Shown: one piece after another, positions 32,947 through 56,822 of the stretch
How the letters are laid out: each line of letters starts with the position of its first letter
How positions within the stretch are numbered: the first letter of the stretch is position 1
Source: Haliotis rubra
Lineage: Eukaryota
NCBI RefSeq assembly: GCF_003918875.1
Contig: NW_025765789.1
Coordinates: 1-64,000 of the forward strand
Length of the DNA stretch: 64,000 bases
Direction: 5' to 3'
Translations under genes and position numbers: made by a program
Notes under the pieces: model-generated
The model's input: the letters and a program-made list of their open reading frames with translations, nothing else
Told to the model about the DNA's origin: nothing
Database searches by the model: none

Positions 32947-34051
32947 TTGCAGAAATCCCTTTTTATGCATACGCTATGTCAACAGTTAATGATATTTAAG
33001 TTTCGTTTGATTATCAGTGTTTAAAGTCCCTCTGGTTCCGCCTGTCTTATAAGCAGATTATTCCCAGCAAATCACTTTTAAACACCTAAGATTCGTCTAA
33101 CTTTTCAGGTTCCATTAATAATAAACCAGAATATATTTATCCACCGTTGGTGTTTAGTTTTCGTTTGGAACATCAATCTTTTCGACAACTCGGGCGTTAG
33201 AGCCATGAGAAGTACTCTCAACAGACCAGAGCAGTAGTTGACTTTATAATACGTTAGGTGATGTTACATACAGCTATGGCGTTAAAGATCATCATGCAAT
33301 GTTTAATATATGAATACATTAATCATATTTGCATGCTGAAAATTCATGCCATGAATAGGTTTAACGAAGCAACGTCATATGTAACATATTCTGTTATAAT
33401 ACACTCCTACAGGAATCCCAAACCACTATCTGTTACAATCAAACCTAAGCTCTTCAAAATGAACTGACCTGCCCGGATGTCTGTGAGTGACTGTGCAGCT
33501 TGAGGCTGAACTGCATTAACACATGCCAACCTGTTATCTGGGCGACCCCGTGGCTTGATAGCACTATCAGTAAGTGCATGCAGCACCATGGTGTCACCCA
33601 TCTGAATAAAAACTCAATAATCATATATACGTTTCAAAGAAAAAGGGATCACAACGAATGGTCACGACAGGTGACATATGGGGGATGAATCATGTCAGTA
33701 ACCTTTGAATTCGTTGACACATCATAATCTTGTTTTTTAATACAACCGTCAGCATGTTAATTAGGTGCGATGTGTAGAAATTCCTGGAATCTAGACACAC
33801 GGCCGTACCTAACAACTATAAATAAACACATATCGTGACAAGCAAGAATAAGGCAAAAATCGTTTCCATGAAGTACAGCGTGTAATCCCTTAACAATTCT
33901 ATAATCTAGTGAAACTGAAATTAGCTGTATAATGTCGGAGACAGGCACCGTCTGCACACAGGACAGATCATCGCGGTGAAAGAGAGGAGTTTTTAAGTTG
34001 ATCTGTTTTGGGAGATTTCCATAGAGGATTATCTGACATCAACTGTTCAGG

Positions 34052-34340
34052 ATGAGGATCATGGTAGCTGCCATGGAGGTCTGGCAGTCCCTCCCTATCT
34101 ACAGCTGTGGAGTGGGGAGCCCCAAACCACGCCCAACTGTAAAGGTTGTGAATGAGGATTTTGGTAGCTGCCATGGAGGTCTGGCAGTCCCTCCCTATCT
34201 TCAGACGTGGAGTGGGGAGCCCCAAACCACACCCAACTGTATAGGTTGTGAATGAGGATTTTGGTAACTGCCCTAGATATCTGGCAGCATTTCTTTATCT
34301 GCAGCCGTTGAGGGGGTGCGCCACACCACGCCCAACCGTG
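34052..34340. repeat. 100-bp tandem repeat, about 3 units (third diverged)
   Basis: ATGAGGAT... recurs at 34052, 34152 and 34252. Confidence 0.85.
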
Positions 34341-37300
34341 TATGCTACTCCAGACACTTCTATATTTTGCTATCTACCTTTACTGAAACAGACAGCAAAT
34401 TTATTGAATTAAAATATCTCTTTATTTTACTTCTGGTATTACAGTGTTGTTAATTTTCAGGCTCTAACAGAAACGACGACAAAACCCTTTCCACATCCAT
34501 CAGAAATTTCAGATAATAGCAGAATGGATTCTACAATTCTGACTGTTAGTTTGACATCGCATTCAGCTTTACAGCTGGACCAGACATTCCAGTGATTGAC
34601 TTCATGAGATACGATGACAGAGCATGTATTTACGAATCACTTTCAAATGCTGATTATATTAGATCTTCGTAAAAAGTGATTTCGGGAATGAATCATGGTA
34701 CAGGTCAAAAGTAAGGAATTTCATCGGACATCATTTTTGTTACTAATGCATCAGTTTTTTATGTTTTCAGAGCAAAAACATTGTACCTCAAAGTTTATTA
34801 TCAGTTTTGATACGTAAATTTGATGTATACTTAAGTGTGAAAGACTGAGATTTCTCAGTTGGAGAAAAGGGATATTTTCACTGCAGTGACAGGAATTTGG
34901 TATGTTCACTGTAGTTAAAATATCTCTTTGCTGGCACCACTTTATTGCTCAAAAACGGTTTCTGGCAAGTATCTTGTCACACCACAAAATAAACAGCATT
35001 GTAATAATATGCTTTTCACCAAAGCCGGGTTATCGAATGACCAACGTTCACCGAACAGAACCAATCAACTGATCGCTTGGTCATTCCGTGCACTGAGGGA
35101 GTGCGACTGTCCTTTGCTGAGTTCAGTCCAGTCCACGCTACGCTTCGTGCGAGTTCACCTCTTTTCAAAACACTAGAGTTACGAGTTGGCAGCATTCGAA
35201 ACTGACATTTTATGTTCAAGTGATTTATTTCACTTGAATGACACTGGTCATCACCTGTATTTATGTAACACTGTAAACAGTTTCACTTTGTCTCAATCGG
35301 CCTGCCATGTTTGTTTGTGGTTGTTACGTACTCGTGCGTCAGCACCGAGTGTTGACGTTAACGATGCTGAGACCAAAATGATGCATTGATGGATATGATC
35401 ATAAGTGCTGTCGCATTGTTACAACGACAATAAATCAAAGATGACAGCTGATAGAGATATGTGTTTTAATATTTATCTTATTTTCGATTACCGAACTATG
35501 TCATATATATGTGCCTGAACAAAGACGTGAACAGTCTTGGATATCGTTTATCGAATTTTCTCGGATTAATAATGTTTGTCTTTAATTAAACAAAAAAATT
35601 GAAGCACATAATAACTAGAATGTTTAATGTGTCAAGTGATATATGATGTATTTGTCATCTCGTGACGTGAAAAAAACTATGAAACATCATGAACCCGCGT
35701 AGATCAGGGTGAGAATTGGTCTTCAGCAACCCATGCTTGTTGTAATTGGCGACTAACGGGATCGGGTGGTCAGGGCTTGTTGACACATCATAGATCAAAG
35801 CTCATGCTGTTGATCACTGGACTGTCTGGTTCAGACTGGATTATTTACAGACCGCCGCCATACAGCCGGAAGATTGCTGAGTGCGGCGTTAAACAAACAG
35901 ACAAACAAACAAACAACCTATAGAATGTATATTTGTGATATTAACTTACACAAAGAACAGTTTGCCCCCATACTGTAAGGTTATATGGGGATGTGTGGGC
36001 GATAAATATATAATTCAACGTCAACACCAGAGAATAACCAGAGACTACCCAGTCTCGATTAGCTGCCTAAACATTTTCCACTGGGCTAAAAAGCAGAACC
36101 ATATACATGGGCCACTGAAAACCATGGCTGACATGCAAGTGTTTACAACAGAGATGATCATGTCCCGCCCTACCTGTAGCAGGGCCGCCTTAAACAGTTT
36201 GCATTAAGTCAGTGACACGACAGGGCATTTACTGGTTTTGTTGAAAGTTGAATTACGTCGGTGTTTTACAAATGCAGGGATTGTTCTTCATTTTCCACGT
36301 AAACGCTGCGTCTGTGACGGTTGAACTGGAACAATTTCTTGCAGGTATCCTTGCATATTATATTGAACTGTTTGTAGTCACTCGTCCTTGAACCCGGTTT
36401 TGGCTATACATAATGTAAAGCTAAGACATGTATGACCTGTGTGCTACGCGGCCCGTAGTCAGGTCACGGGTTCTCTTGGTCCTCTGTCTTCTTTCCAGTA
36501 CAGCCGAGTGGATGTTCTAGAGACACAGTGAACATATCTACAAAAACACCTGGTTTAATCACAGATCAGAATCTAATGATTACGGTAATCCGACCAACAA
36601 CACTCCAGTAGATCACAGACAGTGGATGAGTGTCATTTTCTGACGCTTTTAACAATAATACAAAGTTAACATGTCTAATTACGAGGAATCGAACCCGGTG
36701 TTTTGGCTTGATGGGCAAACGCTTCATCCTCTATGCCACCCAATGGTCTTCAAACACTATAAATATAGCCATAGATAACAAAGACACAAAAACAGTGATG
36801 TTTGATGCTCGCTTAGAAACACGATCAACATTATATCTATGGATGAGTAATACTATTAATATTTAAGATAATCATAACATCACATTTCTTGAAATGATTT
36901 AGCAACAAAACCGACCGGAGAGATAATAGCAGACAATGTGTTCGGTGATCGACAAGCAACCTACATTTCCACGTGTACAGAACGTAAGAGTTCATGGTGA
37001 TAAGGTTATCTGGTTCTTGGAATCGAAGCTGGTTATGAGTCACTGAAGTACAACCTAACCTTCTGAGACTTGACATAGGAACAACAAGGTAGTATATATT
37101 TTATTCATCCATTGTTTGGTCATTCGACGTAGACATCCAGACATATTGGCATTGGATTGTTGGATTTTAAGTGTAAGATCCATTCATCAAAATCATGAGA
37201 CGGCAAATTCACTATTCTTTTCAAAATATTTGTTGGTGCAGCAATACATAGTTTCATAACTAACTCGGAGAGAGTTACACTGACACATATCAAAATAGAG

Positions 37301-38129
37301 ACTATTTAGTATATATATTTAGAAAATGTATACAAATTAATGTTCTTGATATAAAGTACACATGTTTACTTAAACACATAAAAAACAACATAGTTGCAAG
37401 CTGCTTTTAAAAATATATATTTAGAAATGTTGGTTTTGCAGATGTAGCTGTGGAAATAGCAATTCGCCATACAAATTCCGTTCCTCATAACCCACCTTAC
37501 CGTCAGGCCCACAGGGGCGGTGGTGTAGCTTAATGGTTAAAGCGTTGGCTCGTCACGCCGAAGACCCGGGTTCGAATCCCCATCATGGGCACAATGTGTG
37601 AAGCCCATTTCTGGTGTCCCCCGCCGTGATGTTGCTGGAATATTGCTTAAAGCGGCGTAAAACCAAACTCAGTCAGTCAGTCAGTCAGGCCCACAACATC
37701 TGTGACTCCACAACTATCAGCCTCTAGTTGACAGACTCGATATTTTCAGGCTGGCGTGATTTAGCTGGAATACTGCGGAGTGCGGCACAAAACAACATAT
37801 TTGTATTTCTACAATAGTCAGTGAGTGAGTTTGGTTTTACGCCTCTTTTAGCAATATTCCAGCAATATCACGGCGGGGGACACTAAAATTGGTCTTCACA
37901 CATTGTACCCATGTGGGGAATCGAACCCGGGCCTCCTACCGGGCCCGGTAGGAGCGAACGCTTCAACCACTAGGCCACCCCACTGCCCTACTAGAAAAGA
38001 CAATGGTGATGGATTACATACACTGTATTTACAGGCAGGGTTCAGGCGCACACAGTTTAATTAAGATGGTTTTGATTGATATTTCATCTCCACTAAATAA
38101 TTCTATGTGTTTATTTATCTGTCTCGCAG

Positions 38130-47916
<9,787 letters not shown>

Positions 47917-49899
47917 GACCAGCAGCTTCGTAATTAAATGTCAAGAAAAACGCATTTATTTGTCTGTATTCATTCAGCAATGGTGACAGGGAAGTTAAAC
48001 TCCAGGTAGCCAGTGTCGACACCTGTGCTATTATTTGTAAGGGCTAACAATTTTGTATAGCAGAAACATTAGGGTTTCAGGTGCCATTCAAGTGCTTTGA
48101 CGCACCAGACCATCCACCAGCATCTCTTCTTCACACATTACACATTGCTGTCTCTTATAAGTGGATATTTTCAGCAGTTCTCGAGATGTTTTACAAGGAC
48201 AACACTTTCACGTTAAATGCAGCACTTTCAACGGGTAATGTGTTCGATTTTCCATTCCTATTGTCATGCAGCAGTTGTCTGGTACAGCCTTGCTTGGTTG
48301 TGTGGGCGTGGGTAATTGATCTTCAGTAACCCACGCTTGTCGTAAGAGGCGACTAACGGGATCGGGTGGTCAGGCTCACTGACTTGGCTGACACATGTCA
48401 TCGGTTCCCAATTGTGTAGATTGGTGCTCATACTGGATTGTCTGGTCCAGACTCGATTATTTACAGACCGCCGCCATATAGCTGGAATATTGCTGAGTGC
48501 GGCGTAAAACTCAACTCACTCACTCACTTGGATATAGTTGTGTGCGTCCCTTGTATCGAGAGACCCCGGTAGCAGCATCCAAACCACACTCTACAGAAAA
48601 AAGACCATCCATTCTGACCGGTACATTCATTTCAACTCCAAACATTCTCACTAAAACTAAATCTGACGTAAAGCGCCAAGAAAATTAGTTCCAGCAGCCA
48701 TGACCTAGAACATGAGCTTTATCACCATCAGCATGGCTTTACTAACCTCAACCAGTACTCTACTAAGAGTTTGTCAAGAGGAAAATCTCGACCACACTCG
48801 AGCCCCAAACCCAAATTGACCAAGCCCTGAATCACCATCCTCTCCTATCTGACAATTATGTGCCAGTTGTTATTCTATTACATGCTGTTGTTAATGTTAA
48901 TCTGCTGTTTGTCATACTTCTCATTACCTGGCTGTAGTCACTATTAGCTTGATAATGGTGTAAGAGTCTACACTCAAACGTGACCTATGCATTAAACAGG
49001 ATGTTGTTGTCCATAACGTCATGTGCCTCAGTATTGATTCACCAGCTTCTAGAATGCCGATCGAATCATATTAAGTAATTGATTATTTGAAATAACATAT
49101 ATATAAGTTATCGGTATCCGTGCATTCAAAACCACTTAATTCAGGTCACAGAAGAACACATTAAATATGATATAAAAAAAACCCAGCACGTATATCATTT
49201 GTCTATGCCATATACATATAGGAATTAGGTTCCGTGAGAGTTTGACGTATTTCAAGGCTTCGATCAACCTTGAAATGAGGTAAAAGAAAACATTTGACTA
49301 ATGTCTGGACGGACATCTACAACGGAGAGTTTAAGACTACTTAACAACTAATGGCGGCATAAGCACGCATGCGCATTCCTTCATTACTTTATTATACGTG
49401 CACAAACAGACTTCATCTTTACAACGACAACGCGACATTTAATCAAAACAGCCCATTTGTATGGCGTTTTTCCAATCAGAAAGGGCGGTGGGGTAGCTTA
49501 GTGGTTAAAGCATTCGCTCGTCACGCTGAAGGCCCGGGTTCGATTTCCCCCACATGGGCACAATGTGTGAAGCCCATTTCTGGTGTCCCCGCCGGGAATA
49601 TTGCTGGAATATTGCTAAAAGCGGCGTAAAGCCAAACTCACTCACTCACACACTCATTCCAATCAGAATATCACGTTCCAAGCCTTTAAAACACCGGCAA
49701 TTCTCATTCCCAATGGGAGAGTGCGACCTAAGCTGTCTTTGAGGTGTTGGATGCTTAAGTCATATTACCATCTCATTCTACCCGGCTTTCTATCCACTCC
49801 TGGCTGAACAGAGCCACATTTCAGACAAGTTCATCAGCGTGACACAGGACTGTCTCAAGAAACTCTCTCAAGAGCCAAACTGTCGAACATGGTCACCTA

Positions 49900-51418
49900 C
49901 ACCCAAGGCCAAAAGAAAGCTGCCTGTGCTAAAAATCTTAATAAAAATCAACACAGACAAAAATTTCAAAAGATTTCATATCTATTTATGTTGATAGTAA
50001 GGCCACTTGCTAAATATCCGGAGGTTATTACAACATCAAACATGAAGTAATGGTCAAGCAACATTTAATTAAATGACACTGGTATCAAAAAGCAAAGTTA
50101 CATGTTTTCAGTTGTGTTGAACACTATCTGTGAACTCCAGATTTGTCAACGTTTAGGTGTGCATTACTTAGTATCTTGTGTGTCCTCCTTCTGCATTGAT
50201 ACAGCAAGTACTCGACGTCTCATTGACGTTGTGAGACGTCTGATGAAGGCATTTGGGATATTCCTCCATTCATGATGAATGGCCTGTTCCAGTTGTCTCA
50301 GGTTTGCTGGAGGGTTTAGTCTCATTATGATTTTTCTGCCCAGAAAGTCCCAGAGATGCTCTTTTGGTGAGAGGTCAGGGGGAAAGAGACGGCCAAGGCA
50401 AAACGTTGATGTTATTGGTTCCCATGAAGTATGTCACAATCCTAGCTGTGTGTGCAGGAGCATTGTCTTGTTGAAATAATGTCCTTTGGTGTTGATTAAC
50501 GAAAGGAAACACAACTGGACGAATAACCTGGTCAATGTATTGTTGTGCTGTCAGGTTGCCTTGAACTGTGACCAATTGTGTCTTCATTTCGCCACAGATA
50601 CCTCCCCAAACCATAACACTCCCGCCACTATGAGCCTGAACCTCCATAACGCATGGCGGGGCATGACGTTCACCACGACGGCGATATACACGTGCTCTAC
50701 CGTCTCTGTGGTATAAAGAAAACCTACTCTAATCGCTGAATAGAACCCTACGCCAATCACGAAGCTGCCATCGTCGAACACGACGTGCCCAGATCAGCCT
50801 ATTCAGGCGATGTTGACGTGTCAGCATTGTTCCACGGAATTGTCGTCTAACTGGGTGTCTGCTGACAACTCGACCGAGTGCCGTTGATGCCGATTCCGAA
50901 ACTGTCAGGAACCGATTCCTCAGATGTAGAATTCGTAGATATTGGTCTTCCTGAGGGGTAGTGACCTTTGGTCTACCTGACCTTGGTCGATCCACAGTGC
51001 TGCCAGTCTCATTGAAACGTTTAATAAGTCTATTGATAGTATGTCTGTGACAACCAAACGTTCTTGCGACATGGGCATGAGAAGCTCCCATGTTTATTAT
51101 TCCTATAACTCTTTCACGCTGTTCTGAAGTAAGTCTAGGCATATCTAAAGTGTTTTCCTGTTTCACAACGTCTGTGTTATACCAACGGTCGTTAAATGCC
51201 TCATTTGGCTGACGTAGTGTCGCTTCTATCCTTCAAAAACGTGTATTTCACCATTTGCACAAATTTCACGATTTTTTAGCTCGAAGTCAACTTTTCCTAA
51301 TGACAACATTATTGGTGTGTTTTGGCGATTGTTAAATAAAAGAAAATAATTTTCAACAATTTTGAATAAATTTCATATATCAAAATTAAAATGAGCCACT
51401 TTCGTTTGGCCTTGAGTG
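49900..51418 (-). mobile_element. Degenerate Tc1-family transposon
   Basis: TIRs CACCCAAGGCCAAAAGAAAG / CTTTCGTTTGGCCTTGAGTG flanked by TA. Transposase fragments MPRLTSEQRER...DRPRSGRPK...VLFSD and GGSVMVWGGI...FQQDNAPAH...WPSLSP, with stops and frameshifts. Confidence 0.92.
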
Positions 51419-52929
51419 TATTCGAGAACTTCACCTGGTGTCTATGCTGATGTGGCCTGGATTTTAACGCCGTCTTGAACAATATTTCAGTTAATTCACA
51501 GCCTGTCAGCTTGATATTGGAGATATGTCCAAAGTGAAGAATGTGTATGGTGCTGGGATTCGAACCTAGTATCATAGCTTTCTGATGCGACTAAGAGTGG
51601 CAACCGTGCACAGCGAATTGTCCCGTCTAAAATGACAGGGCCACCATGTGACGTCATTACAATGCAGAAGCGCAAAGAATTTGTCTTGTTGCTAAAACAC
51701 GTTTGATTGGCTAAATACACCAACATTGACAATATATGAAATAATTTTCAAAACAGCAATGAAAGAGTTGTATCAAGCTCAAGAAAAGCGGCCTCTCATT
51801 GCCATTACAAGTACTTCTTCAGTTTTAAAACCACTGGAGGGAACAAAGGACCACTGAAGTCTGAAATAGAGTATAGCTTTTTCTGCGCATGCGTAGACTA
51901 ACTGACTTTCTACACATGCGCACCGGTAATCGAAAAAGGCGACAACGTGACAACTCGACAACGGGACATATTTTAATCTTGAAAATGAATAGAAAAATAT
52001 TATCCAAAGCTCGACAATGTGACAAAGCGACAATGCGACAATGCGACAAATGGTCGAAATGTCGCGTTGTCGCATTGTTGCGCTTTGGTTAATTTTGCAT
52101 TCTTTGTGCTTGTTTTTGAGAGGGCGACAACGCGACAATGTCCCTTCTAGGAATCTATAGAAAACTGCCCTTGCTGGTTTCCAAGCGAAAAGATTGTGTT
52201 CAGCTGAGGGTAGGATGGATTTCAAGAGCATGCTCAACTGTTTATGGCGAATCTTCATACGCATATTATGGTAATCTCACGTTCCTCGCGTAGTTTTCCA
52301 GAAAGTATTATACAACGTAGCATTACTATCAGTATCTGTGCACGTGGCCTGAACAGCCCGTGAAATCCCACACTGAATATATCTGCGTGCTGCTACCACT
52401 CTGCAAGTCACGTATGTACTGTTACATGTAGTTAATCAGGAAACTGATAAATTTAATACATGTATTTTAGATAAAATAATATGAATAATGCCTTCATGAC
52501 AAATCCTAAAGACCAAATGCGCATTTGTAGTTGTATCGTGTGTTTGTGTAGTCTGTTCAGTTCGTCAGCTTCTAACGCGCGCACGTCAAATGACCCAATT
52601 CAATGCCAGCCGTACCGTTGCGTGGTAAAGAAGCATTGAGTCAAGACGATGGCACAGGTGCCATGTTGTTGTCTGTGCTGGCAGAAGGTGTGTTGGTGGA
52701 AGCCTTCGCTACACTACACTACACAGTCACATATGTTCATGGTTGACGTATGTGAGACGTTTTCAAACTGATCCATGACTGCTATTGTCCATATGTAATA
52801 GTTCAAAATGGTAACTCTTCAGTATTATTTGGGGTAAAATATGTGAAGACCATTTTTTGTATCCCCCGCCATGATAGTGTTGCAATATTGCGAAAAGCGG
52901 CGTAAAAATCACTCCCTCACTCACTCAGG

Positions 52930-55657
52930 ATGTTGTGGATCAGTCTCTTCCTCCTCCCCATGTTCACCTCCCCCTGGGTGTCAGGAATGATGGACCTTAC
53001 CATCACCAAGACCTGGGGGAACACCATCAAGTCGGAATTCTGCTTGTCCGTCACGCATGACGTCATCAACTGGCGGGGACATCTATTCTTTGACCAACCA
53101 ACCAACAACATGCAGGTACAGTAGTTTCCCACTTTTAATCTATTTTCTACTTTCCGTGATTCTCTTCCACGCTGAAAATCTAATTGTGACAGTTCTGCTA
53201 CCATTCTTGGTGACGTTATCATCATAGCTCTGCTACCATTCTTGGTGACATTATAATGACAGCTCTGCGAATGCGCAGCACCTGATTATATATATAAACG
53301 AAAACGAGAACAATAGATATATGTAGTCTCAAACGAACATGTATATTCAACTGATCAGCACAAGGTTTGTGATGCCAGCAATGATGTCATGACGTCATTA
53401 CTCACGAAATGAACAATGATGTGATGACGTCATTACTCATGAAGTCAACAATGGTGAAGTAACGCCATTACTCATGAAGTCAACAATTGTATGATGACGT
53501 CATTACGCATGAAGTCAACAATTGTATGATGACGTCCTTACGCATGAAGTCAACAATGGTGAAGTAACGCCATTACTCATGAAGTCAACAATTGTATGAT
53601 GACGTCATTGCGCATGAAGTCAACAATTGTATGATGACGTCATTACGCATGAAATCAACAATGGTGAAGTAGCGCCATTACTCATGAAGTCAACAATTGT
53701 ATGATGACGTCATTGCGCATGAAGTCAACAATTGTATGATGACGTCATTACCCATGAAGTCAACAATTGTATGATGACGTCCTTACGCATGAAGTCAACA
53801 ATGGTGAAGTAACGCCATTACTCATGAAGTCAACAATTGTATGATGACGTCATTGCGCATGAAGTCAACAATTGTATGATGACGTCATCACGCATGAAAT
53901 CAACAATGGTGAATGAACGCCATTACTCATGAAGTCAACAATTGTATGATGACGTCATTACGCATGAAGTCAACAATTGTTCCTGTTTCATGTTGTCTAG
54001 ATATGGTGAGAGCTGTTGTACCAACATGAACCAATTGAGTTAATACGTACATTAACTGTATCCACAGTTTTACTCTGGAGTTGTGATAGAGTCCATGGAC
54101 AACGGGAAGGAGTATGTGATAGAGCACACTCCCCGCCATGGCGAACTGACCACGGGTAGCAAGTACTGTGGTCACTTCATGGTGGACTACACTGGCCAGA
54201 AACCCTCAAGCATACAGTTCTACATTGAAGGGGTGAACGGACCTACTCCCACACCAGATTACCATAGGGTCAGTGCTCGGCTTGCTGCAAACTATGTAGA
54301 CAATACCTGTGAAGTTGTTTTACACCCCGCAATGGTCAGTGAAGAAACCTTTGTGACCATCCAGTTTTATTTGTAGATTTTAAGCAAACAACTTGGTCGA
54401 GTTTGGTTAAGAATTACCCAACTGACGGGACAGCAGAAGAACGTAGTTGTAACACCATCGCAGTCCTTAACCAAATAGAAACAGCAGATAAACGTAGGAG
54501 AATAGTCTTATTGTTATGCCAAGTACAATTCCGAAAATGAAAATTCTGGAACAAATGTAAAAGTGACCCAATTATCCAAAGAAGTAGTACTGTTGCCCTG
54601 ATGGAAAGAAAACGGTTTATATCAGAGGACATCAATAAATGTACGTGTACAGAAAGACGAACATCAGGATACTGTGAAATGATGAGGACATGTTGTTAGA
54701 TCCGTGAAGATCCGGGTTAGAATCGATCTTCAGTAACACATGCTTGTCGTTAGAGGCGACTGGATTGATCACCGGATTGTCTGGTCGAAACTCGATTATT
54801 TACAGACCCGCCGCCATATAGCTGGAATATTGCTGAGTGCGGCGTAAACTAAATTCACTCACTCACTCACTCCCTGATGTTATATAGGTCACGTCCTCTG
54901 GGAACTGAAGTCTTTCGACCCCAACAACTACCTGAACAACTGGAAAGCCCTGGCCGACGGTCAGTGGGACGAAGGCTCTGGGTCAGTTGTGGATGACCCT
55001 GCTGGAGGGGGCGATAAGGTTCTTCGGGTGTTCTACGAAAAAGGCCAATACGTCGGACTCCATAATCACCGGGGTCTTGGATTCTACGCCAAACCTGCTG
55101 CTCCACAGAAGGCCTTGACCCTTAGCTATGACCTTTTCTTTGACCCTAACTTTGACTTCGTCAAAGGAGGTAAGTTGCCTGGACTGTTTGGAGGCTGGGT
55201 GAATTGTTCCGGGGGTGAGCATTCCGACACGTGCTTCACGGCCCGGCTGATGTGGAGGGTGAACGGGGATGGCGAGATATATGCCTACATTCCCTCTCAA
55301 CAGGTGTCTACTTTCTGCCATGAAGTCCAGTGCAACTTCCAGTACGGCAATTCCCTGGGGAGAGGGAGTTGGAGGTTCCAGAAAGGGAAGTGGCAGACCA
55401 TTACAGAACACATCACCCTCAACACTCCCGGGAAGACGGACGGGTTTGCCAAGATTTGGTATAATGGCTACAGTGTCTATGAAATCAACAACGTCAACTT
55501 CAGAAACAACCCCAACATACTAATTGACGGGATATTTTTCTCCACCTTCTTTGGAGGCAGTACTTCGAGCTGGGCCCCGACGAGGGACTGCTACGCCTAC
55601 TTCAAGAACTTTGTCCTATCCACTGAAAACATTGACCCTCCTCGCATTGTGGGTTAA
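52930..55657 (+). CDS. Gene E: secreted CBM2-like plus PL14 alginate-lyase-like protein
   Basis: Exon 52930-53115 encodes the signal peptide plus CBM part 1, exon 54068-54268 CBM part 2 plus a PT linker, and exon 54888-55657 the whole PL14 domain (VLRVFYEKG, LSYDLFFDPNFDFVKGGKLPGLFGG, RLMWR..GDGEIYAY, LNTPGKTDG, GIFFSTFFGG..SWAP). The domain closely resembles abalone alginate lyases as I recall them. The best exon 2/3 splice sites differ by one phase (see findings). Confidence 0.85.
53380..53979. repeat. 35-bp minisatellite (about 17 units, 105-bp higher-order period) containing TGACGTCA motifs
   Basis: Units AATTGTATGATGACGTCATTACGCATGAAGTCAAC (x2) and AATGGTGAAGTAACGCCATTACTCATGAAGTCAAC (x1) alternate. 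Confidence 0.93.
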
Positions 55658-56691
55658 GGGTATGATTCATCGCTTATATGACATATTACCGGTATTGTGC
55701 ACTATGTCATCAATACACAAATAAGTGGATTTCAGTCTTTATGTTGTGGTTTTGTGTTTGTATTTCATGTCCGTTCTTTTTGTTTTACGCAACTAGCTCG
55801 TAACTGTGTGATCGCCGCGAATAGCTGCTAATTTACTGACACGGCATTAAGAAATACTCACTCACTCACTCCACTCTGCTTGTGGTTAAACTTCGAGATC
55901 CGTGAACGAATATACAAGCGGCTTTCAGTCCCGAAGCCTTTTACAACATCCTCAATGCTACCGACTTTTGCTTTGGCTAGAAAAGTTGCAGACGTGTTCA
56001 TTCCTATTTCGTACTGGATGACACTGCTCCAGAGAAATAAAATAATGACGTACTTACATGGGCAAGCAAACGTACCTCTTAATCCCTGTTTGAGAGATTA
56101 ACGATAATATTTAATACCATATCAGTATTTTCAGGATATGTTTTTTTAACATCCTGTGTTTAATTTACTTGCCTTGGCGTGTGTTTGTGGATGCTACCGG
56201 CTGCAGGACGTGATACATTCATCAATCTACAAACACCCGGTGTCATCATTATGTAATAGTGATTCATGCTTAAATATTTATAGTCGTAATCGAACAATGG
56301 ACTTTACAGTTAGAATATACCCATTAATGTTATTGAAAGGGTTGAATCGCTTCAGCTACAAACGTCCTTTTCAACAAAACACGTCTAAACTTCATGTAAA
56401 GCTGAACTGTACCCGCATGAAATACCATCTGCATCACACTTTCACGAAATCAAAACAGATAAACTACAGAAAACCTAGACAATTTCAAATTGCAAAACAT
56501 TTATTAAATACCTGACGTGAAATACACGCAGTCGGGGTCAATGGACACATCCGTACACGTCAAGCAGTGAGCATGGTTCTCACACAAAGACCAAACCACA
56601 GGAATGTGTGATCAAGCGATTCTCACAGCCATTATAACAAAATGAAGAAGGATCAGCCCCATGGCTCGGCACCTAACCCGGAAATGCGGAT

Positions 56692-56822
56692 ATATATAGA
56701 ACGTCATACTAGTGACGAGAAGATGTCATGGGAGCAGAGAAACAACGAGTTGTTTCTCTGCTCTCATGACATCTTCGAGTTCAATACAAACATCAAAATA
56801 CACTAGTATGACGTTCTATATT
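56692..56822. repeat. Nested inverted repeat (hairpin, MITE-like)
   Basis: Outer arms TATAGAACGTCATACTAGTG / CACTAGTATGACGTTCTATA and inner arms GAAGATGTCATG.GAGCAGAGAAACAAC / GTTGTTTCTCTGCTC.CATGACATCTTC. Confidence 0.8.

Noticed and set aside
37513-37590. tRNA-Asp(GTC) gene, and similar copies at 2048, 49482 and 62995
   Set aside because: The tRNA-like head runs into a conserved SINE body and (ACTC)n tail, there is no proper acceptor stem, and there are many diverged copies.
48081-48329. Alternative terminal exon of gene D
   Set aside because: Exon 47855-47916 matches gene A's last exon in length and sequence, while this ORF has no GH9 similarity and runs into a SINE.
54888-55657. Bacterial or viral contamination, or recent HGT, as the source of the intronless PL14 domain
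   Set aside because: It is linked to spliceosomal exons, flanked by host SINEs and resembles known gastropod PL14s. Ancient origin cannot be judged here.
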